A model generated the notes under the pieces. That model was not told where the DNA came from. It ran no database searches and was given only the letters and a program-made list of their open reading frames with translations. Shown here in pieces: positions 17,095-26,400 of a stretch of DNA of 64,000 nucleotides (the first letter of the stretch is position 1; every line of letters begins with the position of its first letter). Source of the stretch: Candidatus Nomurabacteria bacterium (lineage in GTDB: Bacteria; Patescibacteriota; Minisyncoccia; Phycocordibacterales; UBA9973); NCBI GenBank assembly GCA_003155695.1, contig PMDZ01000006.1:20007-84006 (forward strand), in the 5' to 3' direction. A program made the translations under genes and the position numbers.

Positions 17095-18774
17095 ATGCCA
17101 AATCACATTGAACTACTTGACTTATTGCTCGCCAATCGCGGAATACCGAAAGATGAGCAAGAAAGATTTCTCAATCCATCTTATGAAGAGCATCTTTACG
17201 ACCCATTTCTGATGAAAGATATGGAGCGAGCTTGTGTGCGGATTTTCGAGGCGGTGGAAGCCAAAGAAAAAATTCTTATTTATAGCGATTACGATTGCGA
17301 CGGTATACCGGCTTCAGTTATCATCTACGATTTTTTTAACAAGATTGGTCACAAGGATTTTTCTATATATATTCCTGACCGGCATGATGAAGGCTATGGA
17401 CTCCACCTTGATGCTATCGACCAATTTATCGCCGAAGAGGTAAAACTTTTAATCACTTTCGACCTTGGAATTACGGCGGTAGAGGAAGTGGCTCGTGCAG
17501 AAGCGGCTGGAATAGATGTTATAATTTCCGACCATCACCTGCCTCATCGGCAGGCAGGCTTACCCCAAGAAGAACTTCCTCGGGCTTATGCCATCTTAAA
17601 TCCAAAGCAAGAAGATTGTGGATACCCGGATAAAAATCTATGCGGAGCCGGAATTGCTTTTAAGTTAGTTCAAGCACTGATAAAAAAATATGGTGAATAT
17701 TGGAAAATAAATAATGGCTGGGAGAAATGGTTGCTCGATATGGTCGGGGTGGCAACTTTGGCTGACCAAGTTCCACTTCTCGGTGAAAACCGCGTGCTTG
17801 CCTATTATGGTTTGAAAGTTTTGCAGAAAGGACGCCGACCCGGACTTGTCGAAATTTTCCGTAAGGCTGGAGTAGAAATTACAAAACTAAACGAAGAGGA
17901 TATTACTTTCACTTTGGCTCCGCGCATAAATGCTGCCTCGCGAATGGCCGACCCGATGATTGCTTTTGAAGCTTTGTCGGCAATCGATGCGGTCTTGGCC
18001 AGAACTTGTGCCGATAATTTGTCGAAAATAAACGATGAAAGGAAAATAATGGTTGCTCATATGATGAAAGAAGTGAAAAAGATTTTGAGTAAGAGGGAAG
18101 ACAAGAAAGTGATTGTTATCGGGAACCCTTTATGGCGAATCGGTGTCTTGGGAATTATCGCTTCGAAAATTGTTGAAGAATATAAAAGACCGGTTTTCGT
18201 TTGGGGGTCGGATGGTAGCGACATATTGAAGGGTTCATGCCGTTCATGGGGGAATGTAAATTTAGTCGATGTTATGAGTGCCTTGCCGGAGAACAGCTTG
18301 GCTGGCTTTGGCGGGCATAGCGGGGCAGGGGGGTTCTCGGTCTCACACACAGAGATACATTTTCTTGAAGAAAGAATTTTGAAAGTTTTTGACAAAGATT
18401 GGGGGACTGGTGAAGAAGTCCTTCCGGATGAAGCCGAAGCAACGATAAGTATTGATGACGTTACAAGCGGCAATTACAGTGTCATAGAAAAGCTTGCGCC
18501 CTATGGAATAGGGAATCCAAAACCGAAATTTCTTTTCAAAAATTTGACGATATCGGGAATTAAAGAATTCGGCAAAGAGAAAAACCACTTGGAATTATCT
18601 TTCAAAAATAGTCATGGGTCGCAAATTAAAGCCATTGCCTTCTTTAAAACACGCAACAGTTTTGAACCCATACTTCTAGAGGGGAACAGCATAAATCTGG
18701 TGGCGACATTCGAAAAGAATAATTTCGCCGGTCGGGACGAGCTTCGATTAAGAATTGTTGATATAATAATATGA
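17095..18774 (+). CDS. recJ: Single-stranded-DNA-specific exonuclease RecJ (DHH/DHHA1)
   Basis: DYDCDGIPAS, ISDHHLP (DHH motif), and a DHHA1 C-terminal region GFGGHSGAGG. The start is moved to MPNHIELL, which avoids overlap with the divergent HIT gene. Confidence 0.85.
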   Translation: MPNHIELLDLLLANRGIPKDEQERFLNPSYEEHLYDPFLMKDMERACVRIFEAVEAKEKILIYSDYDCDGIPASVIIYDFFNKIGHKDFSIYIPDRHDEGYGLHLDAIDQFIAEEVKLLITFDLGITAVEEVARAEAAGIDVIISDHHLPHRQAGLPQEELPRAYAILNPKQEDCGYPDKNLCGAGIAFKLVQALIKKYGEYWKINNGWEKWLLDMVGVATLADQVPLLGENRVLAYYGLKVLQKGRRPGLVEIFRKAGVEITKLNEEDITFTLAPRINAASRMADPMIAFEALSAIDAVLARTCADNLSKINDERKIMVAHMMKEVKKILSKREDKKVIVIGNPLWRIGVLGIIASKIVEEYKRPVFVWGSDGSDILKGSCRSWGNVNLVDVMSALPENSLAGFGGHSGAGGFSVSHTEIHFLEERILKVFDKDWGTGEEVLPDEAEATISIDDVTSGNYSVIEKLAPYGIGNPKPKFLFKNLTISGIKEFGKEKNHLELSFKNSHGSQIKAIAFFKTRNSFEPILLEGNSINLVATFEKNNFAGRDELRLRIVDIII

Positions 18775-19232
18775 TTATGAATAAAGATATAAAAATTTAT
18801 ACCGATGGATCGTCGCTGGGGAATCCGGGGCCAGGAGGATGGGGGATGGTGGTACTTGAAGGTGAAAAGAAAATCCATGAACAAGGCGGATACGATAAAA
18901 ATACGACCAACAACCGGATGGAACTGACGGCTGTTATGGAAACTTTAAAATATATAACCAAGCACCACAAAAAAGATAATGTTGCAATTTTTGCCGATTC
19001 GAGTTATGTTCTAACGGGGATACAATCGTGGATACATAACTGGGAAAAAAACGGCTGGCGAACAGCCAACAAAAAGCAGGTTTTAAATCAGGATTTATGG
19101 AAAGAATTAATTGCTCTTGTCCGAAGTTATAGAAACAAAATAAATTGGGAGAAAGTGAAAGGTCATTCAGGGCATATCCACAACGACCGTGCCGATGAAA
19201 TTGCGAAAAGTTGTGCGTTGAAACAGGAATAA
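18771..19232 (+). CDS. rnhA: Ribonuclease HI
   Basis: TDGSSLGNPGPGGWG, NRMELTAV, ADSSYV and HSGHIHNDRADE match the RNase H catalytic D-E-D-D pattern. Confidence 0.9.
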   Translation: MIMNKDIKIYTDGSSLGNPGPGGWGMVVLEGEKKIHEQGGYDKNTTNNRMELTAVMETLKYITKHHKKDNVAIFADSSYVLTGIQSWIHNWEKNGWRTANKKQVLNQDLWKELIALVRSYRNKINWEKVKGHSGHIHNDRADEIAKSCALKQE

Positions 19233-19242
19233 ATAAATTTTT

Positions 19243-20541
19243 ATGTCGAAGAAAGAAATTGTGATAGTTTCTATCCTTTTAGCCATCGCCGGTGTGCGAT
19301 TTTTCTTTTTTACATCGGTTGCTCCTTCGTATGGTGAAGTCGTCGGCAAAGAAGTGACGTTTGAGGGGATGGTCAGTGACGACCCGGATGTCCGCATTAA
19401 AAATCAGCAACTCGATATAAAATTAAAAGATAAAGATATAAATATCTTGGTTATCGTCGATAGAAATGTAAAAGTTTCTTATGGGGATGAAGTCAGCGTT
19501 CACGGTGTGCTCCTTGAGCCGGAGAATTTTATCACCCAATCGGGCAAAGAATTTAATTATAAAAGATATCTGGCAAACCAAGATATTTATTTTATGATTA
19601 AAAATGCCGATATTGAAATTCTTTCGAGTGATAATGGTAGTAAAATCAAATTGTTACTCTATAAATTAAAAAATGCTTTTATAAAAAGTATCAATAAGGT
19701 TATCCCGATGCCGGAAAGCGATTTGGCAAATGGTCTGGTTCTTGGAATTCGGGGTGGTTTTGACCAAGACACCAAACAGGAATTTATTGAGACGGGGACG
19801 ATTCACATCATCGCACTATCGGGGTATAACGTTTCTATTGTCGCCAGTAACGTCATGAAATTTTTCAGTTTAATTTTCTCCCAAACTATCTCAATTATTT
19901 TTGGTATTATTGTTATCTTTCTATTTATAATTATGACTGGGGCAAGTACGACGGCGATTCGCGCCGGAATTATGGCGACGATTATGCTCCTCGGCCGGAT
20001 GACGGGCAGGAATTATATTGCCGGCCGTGCACTTGTGATAGCTGGGCTTTTGATGGTCGCTTATGACCCTCGAGTACTTACCGATATGTCTTTTCAATTA
20101 TCTTTTCTTGCTACAGGCGGAGTGCTTTATCTGACACCCAAAGTTCTGAATTGGTTTAAATTTCTGCCAATGCGTTTTGGTTTCAGGGAAATGATTGCAA
20201 CTACCGTTGCGGCGACAATTGCCGTTTTGCCGATACTTCTTTATCTGACGGGTATATTATCTCTCGTTTCTCTTCCGGCAAACGCATTGATACTTCTATT
20301 TATTCCTACCGTAATGTTTTTTATTTTTGTTACAGGAATTCTCGGTTTTATTTCACCAATACTTGCAATTCCATTCGGGTATATTTCTTACCTAATACTC
20401 CTATATGTTCTTTCCGTTATCCACTATCTCGGTTCACTTTCGTTTGCCAGCGTTTCTATATTATCTTTCCCACTACCGCTTGTAATTTTGATTTACGCCT
20501 TTTTGCTTTGGTGGGTGTTTAAAAAAAAAGACCATAGATGA
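19243..20541 (+). CDS. comEC: ComEC/Rec2 DNA internalisation channel, membrane portion (DUF4131 + competence domain), lacking the C-terminal MBL domain
   Basis: An N-terminal OB-like DUF4131 region, the competence-domain motif IIALSGYNVSIVAS, and about 8 TM helices. A metallo-beta-lactamase domain is encoded separately at 21401..22267. Confidence 0.75.
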   Translation: MSKKEIVIVSILLAIAGVRFFFFTSVAPSYGEVVGKEVTFEGMVSDDPDVRIKNQQLDIKLKDKDINILVIVDRNVKVSYGDEVSVHGVLLEPENFITQSGKEFNYKRYLANQDIYFMIKNADIEILSSDNGSKIKLLLYKLKNAFIKSINKVIPMPESDLANGLVLGIRGGFDQDTKQEFIETGTIHIIALSGYNVSIVASNVMKFFSLIFSQTISIIFGIIVIFLFIIMTGASTTAIRAGIMATIMLLGRMTGRNYIAGRALVIAGLLMVAYDPRVLTDMSFQLSFLATGGVLYLTPKVLNWFKFLPMRFGFREMIATTVAATIAVLPILLYLTGILSLVSLPANALILLFIPTVMFFIFVTGILGFISPILAIPFGYISYLILLYVLSVIHYLGSLSFASVSILSFPLPLVILIYAFLLWWVFKKKDHR

Positions 20542-20555
20542 TACGGTCGTCCATA

Positions 20556-20650
20556 AAATAGCTCCTCTCAGAGGGTACGAAAATTTTTTACTAAAAATTT
20601 TCTCAGTTTTCGCTCCGTCGAGCTCAAAAGCCCCTCTGGTAGGACTATTT
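20556..20650 (+). repeat. Copy A of the ~92-bp structured interspersed repeat (subfamily 1)
   Basis: atagctcctctcagagggtacgaaaattttttactaaaaattttctcagttttcgctccgtcgagctcaaaagcccctctggtaggactat. It is homologous to 42392..42486 and, in reverse orientation, to 43737.., 44941.. and 47766.. Confidence 0.8.
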
Positions 20651-20755
20651 CATTTCCTCCCTTATAAGTGAAGCAGGATTATTGAAATTATGAGTCGCGT
20701 CGGAGCCCTTTAGGGTAAAGCGCGAATAATTTTAATAATCCTGTGGAACGGCTAC

Positions 20756-21349
20756 TTAAATTACTTTCTTGTAATTTTCTTCCACAGTCATCCAATTTAA
20801 ATTTGCGAAAAAAGCTTCGACATATTTCTTTTTTTCGCTCGTCGGATAATCATAAACGTAGGCATGTTCCCACATATCAAGACAAAGTAGCGGTGAGAGC
20901 CCAGTCAGTTGCCCCAAGTGATGCTCGTCTACCCATGAGATAATCAGTTTGTCACTAATTTTATCGAAATAGAGAATTGTCCAGCCAATTCCGCGAGTTG
21001 CGGCGACGAATTTAAAATGACTCAAGAAATTCTCAAACGTTCCCCATTCTTTTTCTATTTTTTTATATAATTCTCCTTTCGTATTGATTTCTTTTTTCCC
21101 GCCGGATAGATGGGCAAAATAATATTCATGATTTCGCATCCCATCGAACTCGAATCCAAGACGACGTTGTAATTCTCCCAAGATGTAGGCATTTTTTTCC
21201 GGGTCACTCCTGAGCTCACTTATTTTATTAAAAATAAGATTCGTGTTTTTCACGTACCCGGCGTAAAGTTTCAAATGCTCCTCGATATTTTTTTCCGATA
21301 TTCCCGCAAGCTTGGGAATATCAAATTTTTTTGCAGTAAATGTTTCCAT
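20756..21349 (-). CDS. Fe/Mn superoxide dismutase
   Basis: The C-terminal metal-ligand motif DMWEHAYVYDY and HHLGQLTG. The gene sits on the opposite strand between the two ComEC parts. Confidence 0.85.
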   Translation of the reverse strand: METFTAKKFDIPKLAGISEKNIEEHLKLYAGYVKNTNLIFNKISELRSDPEKNAYILGELQRRLGFEFDGMRNHEYYFAHLSGGKKEINTKGELYKKIEKEWGTFENFLSHFKFVAATRGIGWTILYFDKISDKLIISWVDEHHLGQLTGLSPLLCLDMWEHAYVYDYPTSEKKKYVEAFFANLNWMTVEENYKKVI

Positions 21350-21400
21350 ATTTTTAAATTTGCTTCAATTAATAATTAGTTATAATGTACGAAGTATAAC

Positions 21401-22267
21401 ATGGAAAGATTAAGAAAATATGAACAATATATACCCCTTATTTTCCTCATCATTTTCGCCATTATCATATGGTTTTTCGCTTTTCTATATAACAATCATC
21501 ATAATTATTTGGAAGTTGTCTTTTTGGATGTCGGTCAAGGAGATTCCATTTACATAGAAGCGCCGAACGGCAAACAAATGCTTGTTGATGGCGGGCCCGA
21601 CGCGAAACTTCTTTCAAGTTTGGCCAAAGTTATGCCTTTCGCCGACCGCTCTATCGATATGGTCGTGGAGACTCATCCGGATACGGACCACATCGGAGGA
21701 TTGCCACAACTGCTCGACAATTATAAGGTCACAAATATTTTGGAAAATGGAGCGACTTCAGACTCCAAAACATTTTCTGCTTTGGAAGAAAAAATTTCCG
21801 AGGACAAAATAAATAAAATTATTGCTCGTCGCGGAATGCGCATTGTTTTGGATGCGGAGAAAAATATTTATTTTGATATTTTATTCCCCGATCGCGATGT
21901 CTCAAATCTTGATTCAAACGACGGCTCGATAGTCGGGAAGCTAGTCTATGGGAATAGTTCCTTTATGTTGACAGGTGATGCAACTCTTTATACGGAAAAT
22001 CAAATTGAATGGAACGAGAACGAGGACACACTAAAATCCGATGTCCTCAAATTGGGGCATCATGGTTCGCGAACATCGTCGAGTATCTTATGGCTAGAAA
22101 AAGTTAATCCAAAAGTTGCTATCGTTTCTGCTGGAAAAGATAACAAATATGGTCATCCTCACCAGGAAACACTCGACAGGCTTTCGTCATTATATATTCC
22201 ATTTTTAAGTACGGCTGAAATAGGAAATATAATTTTCAAAAGTGATGGAACAAAACTAGTTTATTAA
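21401..22267 (+). CDS. Membrane-anchored metallo-beta-lactamase-fold protein (ComEC C-terminal-type MBL domain encoded as a separate gene)
   Basis: An N-terminal TM helix, then VVFLDVGQGDSIYIE...HPDTDHIGG...LKLGHHGSRTSSS, the ComEC-type lactamase_B motifs. Confidence 0.7.
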   Translation: MERLRKYEQYIPLIFLIIFAIIIWFFAFLYNNHHNYLEVVFLDVGQGDSIYIEAPNGKQMLVDGGPDAKLLSSLAKVMPFADRSIDMVVETHPDTDHIGGLPQLLDNYKVTNILENGATSDSKTFSALEEKISEDKINKIIARRGMRIVLDAEKNIYFDILFPDRDVSNLDSNDGSIVGKLVYGNSSFMLTGDATLYTENQIEWNENEDTLKSDVLKLGHHGSRTSSSILWLEKVNPKVAIVSAGKDNKYGHPHQETLDRLSSLYIPFLSTAEIGNIIFKSDGTKLVY

Positions 22268-22387
22268 ATAAACATCTCCGCAAATCTTATCAATAAAAAA
22301 GTCCTCGGACGAGGGAGGACGAGGAGCCAGACATTTTTTCTTGAAAAGATTTGCTACGATTTAAAAATCTTCACGACTGTGAGGATT

Positions 22388-22633
22388 TTACTTTATAATT
22401 CCGGCTTTTTTCAGAACTTTATAGGCGCCTTTTTTGTTGATTGTTTTGATGGCCTTAGTTGAAATAGTGAGAGGGAAATATTTTTTGAGTTCTGGGACAT
22501 AAACCCTTTTCTTTTGCAGATTGGAATATTTACGAACATTACCGGTCGGATTGAATTTGGTAGCACGAACAACGTTGGAATATCCTCCCGCCATTATCGA
22601 ACCCTTTTTTGTTATGTCGCAAACTTTCGCCAT
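22388..22633 (-). CDS. rpmB: 50S ribosomal protein L28
   Basis: MAKVCDITKKGSIMAGGYSNVVRATKFNPTGN...ISTKAIKTINKKG fits the L28 pattern (MAKVC.ITGK...GN.VSH....T.R.F.PN). Confidence 0.75.
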   Translation of the reverse strand: MAKVCDITKKGSIMAGGYSNVVRATKFNPTGNVRKYSNLQKKRVYVPELKKYFPLTISTKAIKTINKKGAYKVLKKAGIIK

Positions 22634-22736
22634 CCCATTAAAAAATTTAATTATAATATTTATACTTAACTCTATAATCCCGGAATTTTCTAACGGGACA
22701 AGTATGTGAAGCTATGCTATCATATAAAACACACCT

Positions 22737-23387
22737 ATGCAAGCCCAAATTATTACCGGAATTTTTTATATTATTGTTTTGATTATGTCCATCGTCATCC
22801 ACGAAGTTGCGCATGGTTATTCGGCGTATCTTCTCGGGGATAATACCGCTCGCCTAAGTGGAAGACTTACTCTGAACCCGATTAAACATCTCGACCCTTT
22901 TGGTTCGGTTATTTTGCCGCTCTTGCTCCTTTTGACCGGGTCGGGTTTTATTATCGGTTGGGCACGACCTGTTCCTTACAATCCAAATAACTTGCGAAAT
23001 GGCAGAATGGGGAACTTTATTGTCGCAATTTCGGGAATAGCCGCGAATATTATTATTGCCATTATTTTTGGTTTTCTGATAAGATTTGCCCCGATGCTTG
23101 GAATTCCAGCATACAATCCCGACCCACTATTCCTCAGTCCTTTTTATAGTATCGCATCGATTATTGTTGAAATGAATTTGGTTTTAGCATTATTTAATAT
23201 CATTCCTATTCCACCACTCGATGGCTCAAAAATTTTATTTTCTTTTCTTCCGGCGAGACTCCATTTTATTGAGGATTTTCTTGAGAGATGGGGAATATTT
23301 ATTCTCCTTTTCTTCATAATCTTTATATGGGGCAGCGTTTCTCCTCTTATTTATTATGCCTTTAAATTGCTCACTGGTTTGCCTTAA
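22737..23387 (+). CDS. Peptidase M50 family (site-2-protease-like) intramembrane zinc metalloprotease
   Basis: HEVAHGY (HExxH) lies within TM1, with LNPIKHLDPFGS and multiple TM helices. Confidence 0.75.
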   Translation: MQAQIITGIFYIIVLIMSIVIHEVAHGYSAYLLGDNTARLSGRLTLNPIKHLDPFGSVILPLLLLLTGSGFIIGWARPVPYNPNNLRNGRMGNFIVAISGIAANIIIAIIFGFLIRFAPMLGIPAYNPDPLFLSPFYSIASIIVEMNLVLALFNIIPIPPLDGSKILFSFLPARLHFIEDFLERWGIFILLFFIIFIWGSVSPLIYYAFKLLTGLP

Positions 23388-23449
23388 AATATCTTGAGTT
23401 TTTGCACTAAAAACATGCCACTTTAATTGAAATCTATAGTATAATATAG

Positions 23450-26400
23450 TTGTATATTATGAGAAAATTAAAGTTCCTAAAACTCCATTGGGCAAAACTT
23501 CTTTCGGTATTCTTTTTAATATTACTTCTCGGAGCTTATGCCCATATTTTCGCTATTGACCGAAAATATAATCCGGGAGAAATATTGAACCCGGATTGTT
23601 TTCCGGGAGAAACAAATTGCACGGTTGATATTACAACTGGAAGTTCACAGTGGACGACAAATGGGTCTAGTATTTATTACAACACAGGGAATGTTGGAGT
23701 AGGGGTGATTGCACCGACAGCACAATTACAATTTAAAGCTGGAACTACTACTGCTGGAACTGCTCCGCTTAAATTCACTGTCGGAACAAATTTAACTAAT
23801 GCCGAAGCCGGAGCGATGGAATGGAATGGAACAAATCTTTTTATAACCCAAACATCAGGTCCAACTAGAAAAACAATTGCTTATACCACGGATATTTCAG
23901 ATAGTTCACCTATCACTATTGTTGATAGTACCAATCTTGTTTCGACCGGACTTCAGGCAGCTGGACCCGTTCCCTATGGAACACAAGATGCGATTATCAT
24001 TGGTCGCTGGGCAGGATTCAATATGATTTCCGGTTATAATTCAATTTTTTTAGGCCTTGAAGCTGGTGCTCAAGCCAATGCCGAGTCCTCTAATTTTATA
24101 GGACATGGCGCTGGTAGTGGTACTACATCTCAATATTCAAACTTTTTGGGTCATTTTGCTGGTGAAAATTCTACCTCAGCTAACTATTCAAATTTTATTG
24201 GTAGTGATGCTGGAGCGTCTACTTCCGCTACTTTTTCAAATTTCATCGGTTTTGTTGCTGGCCGCGATGCAACTTCCGCTTCCTATTCAAACTTTTTTGG
24301 GTCTAGCGCTGGTTCTTCTGCTGCTAATGCCAGCAATTCAAATTTTTTTGGTGCAGGCGCTGGAGCGAACGCCACTAATGCATCTTATTCAAATTTAATC
24401 GGTTTCAGAGCCGGACTATCTCCCATTAGTATTAATAACAGTATCGGTGCCAATAATATAATTATCGGGACAAACATTTCATTACCAACCGCAACAGCTA
24501 ATTCGATGAACTTGGGTGGTGTTTTGTTTGCCACCGGAACTTATGCAACTACAACAGGTAATCCATCAACCACAGCCGTTGCGACGGGTAAAGTTGGAGT
24601 CGGAGTTGTTTCGCCATCGGCAAGATTGCAACTTGCTGCCGGAACCGCTTCCGCCGGTACTGCTCCACTTAAATTAACTGCCGGGACAAACTTGGGAACA
24701 ACCGAAGCTGGAGCGATTGAATACGACGGTTCCCATTTATATTTTTCGGCCACAAATAATGGAGACAGATATCAACTGGACCAACAAGCAGATGGAATAG
24801 TAAGTTCCCCATGGTTAGCAAATGGTTCTGATATTTATTATGATGGTGGCAATGTCGGCATTGGAAATGATTCACCGACATCAAAACTTGACATCAAACT
24901 TGATTTGACAGTATCTTATAATCAAAGTTTTTCCGGTAGTGGATTAAATGATGCCATATATTCAGGAACATATTCTGGATCAAATCCTCCAAACGCTGTA
25001 ATTGTTCAAATAGATGGCGAAGGCACACCTGATACTTTCACATATTACGATAACCATTCAGATTGTTCTTATCCTAATGGATTTTCAATTCCAATTACCG
25101 GCTCGGCGCAATTAGTTTGCGATGGTATTTCTATTACATTTACAAATATAACTGGGCATCACAGTGGAGATACTTGGACATATGAAATTAACAGTCCGGA
25201 TTCTAATCCGATTATTAAAATAAGTGATAACACGGGCAATAATTACTTTACTGTTAATGCGGTTGCCGATAAATCAAATTTCCTAGGTACTAATGCTGGT
25301 AATGGTGCTGTCTCTGCTCATGATTCAAACTTCATCGGTACATCTGCTGGTAATGGTGCTGTCTCTGCTCATGATTCAAACTTCATCGGTACATCTGCTG
25401 GTTATGGTGCAACCTCAGCTTCCGGCTCAAACTTCTTAGGCCTAAATGCCGGTATTTATGCTACTGGTGCCCATAACTCAAACTTCTTAGGTCCTAGTGC
25501 TGGTAATGGTGCCACCTCTGCCATCTTTTCGAACTTTATAGGTACTGTTGCTGGTCTTAGTGCCACCTCCTCTTCCTATTCAAATTTTATAGGTAATGGT
25601 GCTGGATATCAAGCCACTTCTGCTTCTTACTCAAACTTCTTAGGGATAAATGCAGGTAATGGTGCTACCTCTGCTATCAACTCAAACTTCTTAGGTCCTT
25701 GGGCTGGTTCTGGTGCTATCAATGTTTCTTATTCAAATTTATTTGGCTATGAGACGGGGATGTCTTTTACTGGCAACAACATTGGCTCCAACAACATAAT
25801 CCTCGGAACAAGTATTTCTCTACCTAATGCGGCAACCAATGCTATTAATTTAGGAGGAGTCATATTTGCAACAGGGACACATTCTGACACAAATGGCATA
25901 TCTATCATTGCTGAAGCTACTGGCAAAGTTGGTATCGGAGTCGTCTCACCGTCAGCTCGCTTACAACTTGCTGCCGGAACCGCTTCCGCCGGTACTGCCC
26001 CACTTAAATTAACTGCCGGTACAAATCTTTCGACAACCGAAGCCGGAGCGATTGAATACGACGGTTCCCATTTATATTTTTCGGCCACAAATTCCGGAAG
26101 CCGTTACCAACTCGACCAGCAAGGTGGAACTCCTTCTCCTATTACTATTGTTAACACCTCAAATCTTTTTTCAACAGGAATTAGTGCTGGAACTGGGGTA
26201 ACTTCTACAACTGATTCAAACTTTTTTGGTACTGATGCAGGTGATTCTGCTACTGGTGCTTTTGGTTCAAACTTTTTTGGTCCATCTGCTGGAATTTCAG
26301 CCCCGGATGCTTTTTACTCAAACTTTTTTGGTTTACAAGCTGGGGCAGGGGCTAATGATGCCAGCAATTCAAATTTTTTAGGTCATAATGCTGGTGCTAG

